From assembly GCA_036785375.1 (NCBI GenBank), contig JAWMAR010001858.1, positions 124,001-188,000 of the forward strand: DNA of 64,000 nucleotides, given 5' to 3'. Under the pieces are notes generated by a model. The model was not told where the DNA came from, searched no databases, and was given only the letters and a program-made list of their open reading frames with translations. The DNA is from Leucoraja ocellata (taxonomy: Eukaryota). The position numbers and the translations under genes were made by a program. Positions 52,046-62,262 of this stretch are shown here, in pieces (position 1 is the stretch's first letter; every line of letters starts with the position of its first letter).

Positions 52046-52225
52046 ACTTTGGATAGAAGTGCACACCTCAAACTAATCCACAATTTGATTAATTCTCCAT
52101 GAAAATATTTGCAGATGCTTCCTAATTGAATATCAACTTTCATTTTGGGAAGCATCTGCAAATATTGTTTATGGAGCATTAATCAAAACGTGGATCAGCT
52201 TGCGGTGTGCATTTTTACCCAAAGT
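52046..52225. repeat. Imperfect 180-bp palindrome (probable ancient MITE or hairpin element)
   Basis: Arms of about 86 bp, e.g. atatttgcagatgcttcc / ggaagcatctgcaaatat and atccacaatttgattaat / attaatcaaaacgtggat; 8-nt loop at 52131-52138. Confidence 0.85.
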
Positions 52226-52499
52226 GTGTGACCAGTCTGCCAGTCACTGTGAGCCTCTCTGTCTAATGTCGTCTGACTAGATGCTTCAGGATGGGTTGCT
52301 TCAACAAAGTACTAACTGCGCAGGACTGAGTTTGGTCCAGAATGTTTGTGGTCAGTTTGGGTTCTGGTTAGGTTGAATCCTATACCCAAGTCAGCCTCTA
52401 CTTTGAGATAACTGAAATTGAATTCAGCATAGATTTTGCTTCTGCTGATTTGTGACAAACACAGGCAACTCACATGGAAACAAGTTAAAAGAATCAAAA

Positions 52500-53525
52500 A
52501 GTCACATCAAAGGCCCTTCATCCCACCACATCCACACCAAGTACCAATTATCTATCTATACTGATCCCATTTAGCACCATTTGGCCTGCATCTGTATTTT
52601 CCTTGACTATTCAGGTCGTCTTGTAGACATTTATTTAATGGTGTGTCACGCACACCCTCTCAAGCGTGTTTCAAATTGTAACCAATCTCTGGGTGAAATA
52701 ATTCTTCCTTAGATCTCCTCTAAACCTCTTCTCATTTACCCTAAATCTGTACCCTGTAGTTTTGGCATCTCTGTCAATGAAAAAAGTTTCCATTAATCAG
52801 ACATCCCTATCCATCATAACTTTTCACACCTCTATCAAATTCCCACCTCAGCTTCCTCTCCTCAGAGAAAAATAAACTCAGATTCTCCAGCCTCTCCTCA
52901 AAGCTGAGATGCTCCATTCCAGGCAACATCCTGGTGAAACTTCCCTATATCCTCTCCAGTGCAATCTCATCCTTCTCAGAGTGCAATGACCAGAGGTCAC
53001 CGCCCAGCAACAGCACCTCATATTCCGCTTAGGTAGCTTAAAACTCAATGGTATAAATATTGAATCCTCCAATTTTGGTTCCCACAGTACAATTCCCAGA
53101 AGGAGGAATTTAGGAAAGAGATGAGGAGAAATGTCCTTAGTCAGAGGGTGGTCAATCTGGAATTTTTTTGCCACAGATGGCTGTGGAGGCTATCAGTTGA
53201 TATTTTTAAGGCAGAGATAGATAGATTCTTGATTAACATAGGTGTCAGAGGTTATGGGGAGAAGTCGGGAGAATAGGGTTAGGAGGGAGAGATAGATCAG
53301 CCATGATTGAATGGTGAGCTAGACTAAATGGGCTGAATGGCCTAATACTACTCCTATTCCTTATGACCTTATGAAGAGGTACCCCGATTGTAACCTAACC
53401 ATTGTTCAATCAAGCTGTACCACGTCCTCCCTGCTCTTACAATCTTTGCCCCAGCTAATGAAGACTAGTATCCTGTGTGCCTTCTTCACCTCTATATTTA
53501 CCTGTGAGTCCACATTCAGGAATTG
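52500..53525. mobile_element. Mosaic: antisense CR1, a Penelope ORF-end fragment (about 53005-53080, +) and a sense CR1 3' end (about 53105-53375)
   Basis: QQHLIFRLGSLKLNGINIESSNF-like fragment, with CR1 3'UTR motifs on both strands. Confidence 0.7.
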
Positions 53526-54580
53526 ATAGATAGATATGCCATTTATTGTCACTATACATGTACAGTGAAACTGAAAGCTGCTCATACTCAGTGCATACAT
53601 ACAATTTAGCACAAAAAACAAGAAACAGAAAAAACAAAAAACAGAAGGGAGATGGGGGGGGGGGAATAGGTGCACAAATTCTGCGGCGCTACATACATAT
53701 ATACATATATACAGATGGAAGTCCGTGTTGGGTGGTGTAGTCAGTGCATGTGTGAATTTGAATTTATAGTAGATATAATTCTTGGAAAGCAACTATTCCT
53801 GAGTCTGTTTGTCCTGGATTTGATGCACCTATAGCGCCTTCCAGAGGGCAGCAGGTCGAACAGTCCAAACGCAGGATGGGAGCTGTCTTGGATTATCTTC
53901 TTTGCCCTGCTAAGGCAGCGGGAGGTGTAGATGTCCATCAGGGAGGGGAGAGGGCAGCCAATGATCCTCTGCGCTGTCCTGGTTACCCTCTGAAGCCTCT
54001 CCCTGTCTGCCATGGTGCAGCTGCCATACCATGCTGTAATGTAGTATGTCAGCAGGCTCTCGATGGACGAGCGGTAGAAGGTCAGCAGCAGGTTAGAGTC
54101 CAGGTTGTGCTTCCTGAGGACCCTCAGGAAGTGCAGCCGCTGCTGAGCCTTCTTGATGACCGCTGTCGTGTTGTCCGTCCAGGAGATGTCAGCAGCGATA
54201 TGGACGCCGAGAAACCGGAAGGTGTTGACCCTCTCCACACACTCGCCGTTGATGTGTAGGGGGGCTAAGTCGGTGCTGTGCCTCCTGAAGTCGACAATGA
54301 GCTCTTTTGTTTTCCTGGTGTTCAGAGCCAGATTGTTTTCTGAGCACCAGGTTGTCAACTTCAGGACTTCCTCTCTGTAGGCTGCCTCGTCTCCCTTCGA
54401 AATAAGTCCGACCACAGTAGTGTCATCAGCAAATTTGACGATGCGGTTGTTGTTGTGGGCCGGACTACAGTCGTAGGTGTAGAGACAGTATAAGAGGGGG
54501 CTTAGCACACAGCCCTGTGGGGAACCGGTACTCAACCTGCGAGTGGAGGAGAGGTGGGGGCCAAGTCTCACAGTCTGGAT
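53526..54580 (-). mobile_element. Young 5'-truncated Rex1/Babar LINE inserted in an antisense CR1
   Basis: Uninterrupted frame of about 280 codons: [54 protein letters not shown]; tail aataaatggcatatctatc. Confidence 0.93.
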
Positions 54581-55499
54581 TGCAAGCCAAAGTTCCCTAT
54601 TCCTCAAAACTCCCTGGGCCCCAACATTCATTGTGTCCATTCCAAAGTGTACAACCTCACACTTATCGAGATTAAATTCCATTTGTCATCACTCTGCCCA
54701 TTTACTCTAACCTAAGTAGTTGTCTTCTGAGCTTCATTTTCTTACTTCCACTCTATGTGACTTGTCATCTTTGCTCAAATCTCTGAAATCATGAAAATCC
54801 TGCTTGTTGATGTTTTGATCAATTTTCTCTTGTGCCTGGGTCCTCGTACAATTTCAAGTTCATAGATTTGTAACTAAGTTACACTTCATGTCATAAAATA
54901 TATTGGGCATCTCTGCATGTCGTTCTGCACGAAACCATCTTTGTCTTGTTTGTTTTAAATCCATGGTTTGTCAAATTAATGAAGCATTGTCGTTAAGTAA
55001 ATGCCTTTCTGTTTGAGTGGTGTTTGATCATTATCACAAACAAAATGTTCCAATGGTGAAAATCCAAGTTTCTGAAAGATTGATGAATGGATTTTATTCT
55101 GGTAATGAGCATGATGTTTAACACTTTCAAAGGCAGATAGGGACAAATCAAGTGAATGGAAGTTATATATGATTTGGAAATGTTGGTGAGAGATCATGCT
55201 ACAGCAGTTTAGAGAAGTACAGATAGTTAAATGACACTTTTGATCTTCAAAGAGCAGAGTAGTGACCCCCCCCCCCCCCCCCCCCCCCCCCGACACACAC
55301 ACACACCAATTCAAATGTCCTGACTTCCCACTGCGTGTTTCACAGCCATTGAGGCACGTGCCCGGCAGGCAGATAGTGAGGTACAGTGTCCAAACCCATG
55401 GCCACTGGTGGGGTTTACAGTAAAGCACCCAAATCCTTTTAAGATGCAGAAAGATTTCTAGGTCTGTTTGGCTTAGCTTTTGTCTCGAATTAATGGGAA

Positions 55500-58265
55500 G
55501 GAAAGCTTGAAAATGGACAACAGAATAAGATCAGGGCCAATTGCGAGGGGGGAAGTGAATACGGAGGTCAAAGTGCTGTACATGAATGCGCGAAGTATAA
55601 GGAATAAAGTGGACGAGCTTGAAGCTCAGTTAAAAACTGGCAAGTATGATGTTGTGGGAATTACTGAGACATGGCTGCAAGAGGGCCAGGGCTGGGAACT
55701 GAATATTCAAGGGTATACCTCCTATCGAAAAGACAGACAGGTAGGCAGAGAGGGTGGGATGAGGAATGAAATTGGTGAGGAATGAAATTCAGTCCCTTGC
55801 AAGGGGTGACATTGAAACAGGAGATGTGGAGTCAGTATGGATAGAACTAAGGAATTGTAAGGGTAAAAAGACCCTAATGGAACTAACCTACAGGCCCCCA
55901 AACAGTAGCCTGGACATAGGGCGGAAGTTGAATCAGGAGTTAAAATTGGCATGTAGCAAAAGTAATGCAGTGGTTGTTATGGGAGATTTCAACATGCAGG
56001 TAGACTGGGAAAATCAAGTTGGTACTGGACCCCAAGAAAGGGACTTTGTAGTGTGCCTTTGTGATGGATTCTTTGAACAGCTTGTATTGGAGCCTACCAG
56101 GGGGAAGGCAATTCTGGATTTAGTGTTATGTAATCATCCAAATTTGATAAAGGACCTCGAGGTTAATGAGCCATTAGGAGGCAGTGACCAATACATGATC
56201 AGGTTTCATCTACAATTGGAGAGGGAGAAGAGTAGATCGGAGGTGTCAGTGTTGCAGTTGAATAAAGGGGACTATGGGGCCATGAGGGTGGAACTGGCTA
56301 AAGTTGACTGGAAAGATACACAAAAGATGCCAGGTGTTTCTAGGAATAATACTGAAGGTGCAGGATCAGTTCATTCCTAGGAGGAGGAAAGATTCCAAGG
56401 GGAGAAAGGGACGACCATGGCTGACAAGGGACGTCAGGGACAGTATAAAAATTAAAGCGAAGAAGTACAACATAGCAAAGATGAGCGGGAAGCAAGAGGA
56501 TTGGGTAATGTTTAAAGAATAACAGAAGATAACCAAAAAGACAATACGGGGAAAAAAGTTGAGGTACGAAGGTAAGCTAGCCAAGAATATAAAGCAGGAT
56601 AGGAAAGCTTCTTTAGGTATGTGAAGAGGAAAAAATGAGTTAAGACCAAAGTTGGACCCTTGAAGACCGAAAAAGGTGAATTTATTATGGGGAACAAGGA
56701 AATGGCAGATGAGTTGAACAGGTACTTTGGATCTGTCTTCACTAAGGAGGACACAAACAATCTTCCTGATATAGTAGTGGCCAGAGGATCTGGGGTGACA
56801 GAGGAACTGAAGGAAATCCACATTAGGCAGGAAATGGTGTTGGATAGACTGATGGGACTGAAGGCTGATAAATCCCCAGGGCCTGATGGTCTGCATCCCA
56901 GGGTACTTAAGGAAGTGGCTCTAGAAATCGTGGATGCATTGGTGATAATTTTCTAATGTTCTATAGACTCAGGATCAGTTCCTGTGGATTGGAGGGTAGC
57001 TATGTTATCCCACTTTTTAAAGAAAGGGGGAATAGAGAAAACGAAGAATTATAGACCAGTTAGCCTGACATCGGTGGTGGGGAAGATGCTGGAGTCAATT
57101 ATAAAAGATGAGATAGCCGCACATTTGGATAGCAGTAACAGGATCGGCCCGAGTCAGCATGGATTTACGAAGGGGAAATCATGCTAGACTAATCTTCTGG
57201 AATTTTTGAAGATGTAACTAGGAAAATGGACAAGGGAGAGCCAGTGGATGTAGTGTGCCTGGACTTTAAGAAAGTCCAGGTACACTAGGTCCGACATAGG
57301 AGATTAGTGGGAAAAATTAAGGCACATGGTATTGGGGGTAGAGTGCTGACATGGATATAGAAGTGGTTGGCAGAGTAGGGATTAACCGGTCCCTTTCAGA
57401 ATGCAGGCAGTGACTAGTGGGGTACCGCAAGGATCGGTGCTGGGACCGCAGCTATTTACAATATACATCAATGATTTGGATGAAGGGATTCAAAGTAACA
57501 TTAGCAAATTTGCACGACACAAAGCTGGGTGGCAGTGTTAACTGTGAGGAGGATGCTATGAGAATGCAGGGTGACTTGGACAGGTTGGGGGAGTGAGCAG
57601 ATGCATGGCAGATGAAGTTTAATGCGGATAAATGTGAGGTTATCCACTTTGGTAGCAAAAACAAGAAGGCAGATTACTATCTAAATGGCGTCAAGTTGGG
57701 AAAAGGGGAAGTACAACGGGATCTAGGGGTCCTTGTACATCAGACTATGAAAGTAAGCATGCAGGTACAGCAGGCAGTGAAGAAAGCGAATGTCATAGAA
57801 TAGAATAGAATAGAATAGAATAGAATAGAATAGAATAGAATAGAATAGAATAGAATAGAATAGAATTACCTTTATTGTCATTCAGACCTTATTCATTGAA
57901 ACATATAAGATTGTTAAGGGCTTGGACACGCTAGAGGCAGGAAACATGTTCCCGATGTTGGGGGAGTCCAGAACCAGGGGCCACAGTTTAAGAATAAGGA
58001 GTAAGCAATTTAGAACGGAGACGAGGAAACACTTTATCTCACAGAGAGTGGTGAGTCTCTGCCTCAGAGGGCGGTGGAGGCAGGTTCTCTGGATGCTTTC
58101 AAGAGAGAGCTAGATAGGGCTCTTAAAAATAGAGTCAGGGAATATGGGGAGAAGGCGGGAATGGGGTACTGATTGGGGATGATCAGCCATGATCACATTG
58201 AATGGTGGTGCTGGCTCGAAGGGCCAAATGGCCTACTCCTGCACCTATTGTCTATTGTCTATTGA
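55500..58265 (+). mobile_element. Long CR1/HER1 LINE ORF2 (APE endonuclease plus RT), frameshifted, with an internal deletion replaced by (TAGAA)n
   Basis: YMNARSIRNK, GITETWL, YRPP, MGDFN, ILDLVL, GSD (APE); [31 protein letters not shown] (RT); 3' tail tattgtctattg. Confidence 0.95.
57796..57865. repeat. (TAGAA)14 microsatellite
   Basis: 14 perfect copies followed by ttacctttattgtcatt (antisense aataaa), i.e. the tail of an inserted element. Confidence 0.95.
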
Positions 58266-58361
58266 ATTAATATAGTGAAATATAGTATATCTGATCCTTT
58301 ATGTATAAAATAGATTTTTTTTAAATATTTATCAATCATAATGTGAGATGTGTCAATGTCA

Positions 58362-59215
58362 CTAGGGGCGCTGCACTGGCAGCAGCCTCTACCTACAGCC
58401 TGTCTGTTATTTCTATCTTTTTTTTAATTTTTAGTTAGTCGAAAGTTTTGTGTTGGGGGAAACTTTAACTTTTCTATGTGGGGGAGGGGGGCAGGGTAAG
58501 GGGGAAACCGTTTCCCAGTCTCTTCCTGGCGGGGACGCGACTATTTCACCGAGTCGCGTCCTCGCCCCCCACCTCGCGGCCTACCAGCTGGATTGGAGCG
58601 GCCTTTCCTGCCGGGGACCGGGAACCGGACCAGGGCTGCTACAGCGGCGGCGTAGTGCTGGAGTCACCGCGGAGCGGGCGATGCCTACCTGGGTCGCAGT
58701 TTGGAGCTCCGGAGCGTTGGGCTGCTGCTCCAACATCGAGGAGTTCCGGTGCGGAGAGCTTCCAATGCGGGCGGCGCTGGACAACATCGTGGAGTCCTGG
58801 GGCGCCTTGCAGAGGGCCTAAAGCAGCAGTCACCACCCGGCGCGACCTGCGGACTTTGGAAGCCGCCGACTCGGGTAGGAGGGGGCCGACTCTGTGTCCA
58901 CGCCGCTGAGGACATCCCGCAGCCCCGACGTCGGACTTACAACACCCCGGCGAGCGGTCCTGGACATCGGGCCGCCCGTAGCGGCAACTGCGGAGGGCTT
59001 GGGGAGGCCCTGACCACGGGGAACAGTGGAGGAAGAGACTGACTTTGGTGCCTTCCCACACAGTGGGAAACTTTGATTCTGCTGTGTGGGGATGTTTTAT
59101 GTCAAACCCTATAGTGTGTTGTGTCCCTTTTTTTATTGTATGGCTGTATGGGAATTTCATTTCACTGTGCCATCTGGCACATGTGATGAATAAATCTATC
59201 TTGTATCTTATATCT
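58362..59215 (+). mobile_element. GC/CpG-rich non-autonomous element with a Rex1-like 3' tail
   Basis: ggggcgctgcactggcagcagcc start; ends atttcatttcactgtgcc...atgtgatgaataaatctatcttgtatctt. No conserved ORF. Confidence 0.6.
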
Positions 59216-60679
59216 TGTTAGCTTAAACTGGAAACTCTGCATCTAATCACAGACCCTTGGAATGTTAAAATGACCTGGACACCATTTGATACCATGAACT
59301 TTTCTTGATCGAGAAAAAAGCCAAGGTTAATTTCCAATGAGGAGATTATGCATACAAGCTCTGTAATCATGTGACATTATAATCCCTGTTTACAAGCAAA
59401 CAGGAAAGGCTTAGCAGCCACACCAAGAAAACGTTACTTCTAAATGCATGCATCAGCACGGGAGTGTAGCTGTTGAATAACATGATTCTTGTCATTAATG
59501 TCTGTGCCTTACTTATAACCCTCACCATTTCTACACGGAGAGTATGGGTGGAGATGTCAGGTGGTGACTCAACTCACTCAATACCATTCCCAGTACAGCC
59601 TAGTTAATTCACATCTTTGCCTTACTGAAGGTCACATCCTACAGCTCGATATACCACAAATTACAGGAATACCAATGTGCACCAAAGAAAATATCGCATT
59701 TTCTGAGGCAGCCATCTAAACCCGCAAAGACATTGTGCTAAGACTGAAGGACTGTGTTAAATGTCCCAGGTTCAAATATTAATGCTCGTCATCCTGACAC
59801 TTTCTAACTGTGGCAGTGCTTAAAGCCAGAGATAGAAGGGAATTTCTGATGTGGCAGGGACTAGCGCAACTTTACTTGTCACGGAATCCAAAAATAATTG
59901 TATATCCAAGAAGGAAAAACAAAAAAGAGTTTGGGGGAATGGTTGCATTAAACGCTTTCCCCTTTATCATGTATCTATACACTATGGATGGCTCAATTGT
60001 AATCATGCCTTTCCTCTGACTGGATAGCACGCAACAAAAGCTTTTCACCATACCTCGGTACACGTGACACTAAACTAAACTAAATTAAATATGAACTTCA
60101 AGCAGATAGTATAGATTATTCAAGTGATGGAAAGTAAAGTTTGATTTTATAGTGAAAAAAGCAAAGTGTTGATGTTAAATGCAAGTATAAGCACGATAAT
60201 GTCAAGAGTAGTAGAAACAAATTATAAACCTGTATATGTAATGTGTAAGAAGGAAATGCAGATGCTAGTTTCAACCGAAGATAGACACAAAAAGCTGGAG
60301 GCATCTGGTGAGGACCTGGCAGTGCTAGTAAAGAGGTCGGTGTAGCGGTCGATGATGACGCTGACCAACAGATGAGGATGGACAAGCGGAAGTGAGGACG
60401 CCGCTGCCGAGGGAAAGAATAAATGAGGACCCGAATGGAGGCACTGCCTTGAGGGGGAGGGAAGAGCATTAAGGTCCCAGTGTGGGGGAACCGCAGTGAG
60501 AGGGGGGGAGGAACAATGCACATTGGAGGACCCAAAATGGGGGACCGCCGTGAGAGAGGGGAGGCAGAGCAGAGGGGAACCTGGCATGGGGGGGGGGAGA
60601 AATTGTAAAGGGCCCTTTATGGTTGACTATTTGCATACCTTGGTGACTTGTCACATGTGACAATAAAGTATTCAATCAA

Positions 60680-61105
60680 TCAAGAATCTATTAATCTCCA
60701 TTGACCTGGCCTCTACAGCCATCTGTGGCAATTAATTCCACAGATTCACCATCCTCTGACTAAAGAAATTCCTCCTCATCACCTTTCTAAAGGTACATCC
60801 TTTTATTCGGAGGGTATGGCCTCTGATCCAAGACTCTTCCACTAGTGGAAACATCGTCTCCACATCCACACTATCCAGACCTTTCACTCTTCGATAAGTT
60901 TCAATGAGGTCCCTCCCCCCCCCTCATCCTTCGAAACTCCAGCGAGTACAGGCCCATTGCCGACAAATGCTCATCTTATGTTGACCCAATCATTCCTGGG
61001 ATAATTCTCATAAACCTCCTCTGGACCTCCTCCAACATCAGTACATCCTTCCTCAGATATGGGGCCCAAAACTGTTCACAGTACTCCAATTGTGGTCTGA
61101 CCAGC
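60680..61105 (-). mobile_element. CR1 LINE 3' fragment
   Basis: Same family as 43695-44262 (cacagattcaccatcctctgactaaagaaattcc...cagtactccaattgtggtctgacc). Confidence 0.82.
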
Positions 61106-61429
61106 GCTTCAGTATTCCATCTCAAACAACAGTGTTGATCGATGGTGGGGCAGCTGAATCAGAATTAGCTCAACGTGGCACAGAATCCCCATACAAAATG
61201 TGTACCATAGAGACACAAATACAGAACTGAAATACAGAAATACAGAGCTCATGGGATGCTGCGAGTATCTGACCCAGTGAGTTGACAGACTGTAAAATAG
61301 TATCTCCCCATTTAGGTATTCCTAAGGAGCTGGAGTGCAGTATACGACCTCTGGGAACAACGCAGGGTCAGATGCTCAGGACCAACAACCAGCAACACTG
61401 CATCAGCTGAATTTACTTAACTGCCCAGC

Positions 61430-61765
61430 ACTGTGGTAAAGCTGCTGGAACAGTACAATGAGAACTGGAAGAAGTGAGTTCAAATTCCACCACGGCAAAA
61501 GGGATTTTGAGTGCAACTAATTCAATAAAACCTGAAAATAAAAAAGATAATATCATTCATAGCAATTATGAAACTATCTGACTGTTGCAAAAACCACCTG
61601 GTTCACTAAAGTCAAGGGGACTCAATAATGTCCCCTTATTCCTAACCGTAGCAATACGTTGACTGCTATATATGACAGAGCAGGTCAATAAACCCAGGGG
61701 CTACTGGGGGGTGGGTAACACATGCTGGTCTACTCAGCATTGCCCACATCTTCTGAATACATTTT
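61430..61765 (+). mobile_element. Ancient tRNA-derived SINE (decayed); a related fragment lies at about 19440-19530
   Basis: gagttcaaattccaccacggc (B box), aataaaacctg, aaaaaccacctggttcactaa, tgcccacatc. Family recognised from memory only. Confidence 0.55.
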
Positions 61766-62020
61766 TAACATTTATTTGATTACCAAATGGGTAAGTAAAC
61801 CTCCTGACTTCCCCATGCATTCAGTTAACATATTGTGTTTGTGGCTCGTAGTTCTGCACTGTAGTAAAATTGCTGATAGCCCATCTCGATTCTTCCAGTA
61901 TCTCAAGGATCTACGTATCTGGATGTCTCCTCCCCCCCCCCCCCCCCCCCCCCTACAGAAGTAATCCCAGACTGTTGACGTATGCATTTCCTCTCAGATC
62001 TGCTATCTACTAGTGGATGG

Positions 62021-62129
62021 TACTGCAGATGCTGGTTTAAACCGAAGATAGACAACAGGTCTCGACACGAAACATCACTACTCTGCTGAGATGCTGCCTG
62101 TCCCGCTGTGTTACTCGAGTTTTTTATGT
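62021..62129. mobile_element. Degenerate inverted Penelope-derived unit
   Basis: actgcagatgctggttt (antisense tail) then ggtctcgacacgaaacatc...gatgctgcctgtcccgctg. Flanking repeat ctatctact[a/t]gt[g/a]gatgg at 62003-62020 and 62130-62147. Confidence 0.72.
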
Positions 62130-62262
62130 CTATCTACTTGTAGATGGATCTCTTGTATATCGTCTTCAGAATTGTCCATGGTGCTCCGGGTATGGTCTGA
62201 TCAAGATTCCATGCAGGTTTAACACGAGGCCTGGAAATTAATGACATACGTGTTTTTTTTAA

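Noticed and set aside
53741-54682. 313-aa ORF as a novel chimeric gene
   Set aside because: The N-terminal MEFNLDKCEVVHFG comes from the host CR1 and is fortuitously in frame with an inserted 5'-truncated Rex1 RT. There is no evidence of function.
11840-61952. Poly-C runs (about 11840, 17911, 40836, 55267, 61932) as functional G-quadruplex elements
   Set aside because: Simple homopolymers with unreliable lengths and no contextual support.
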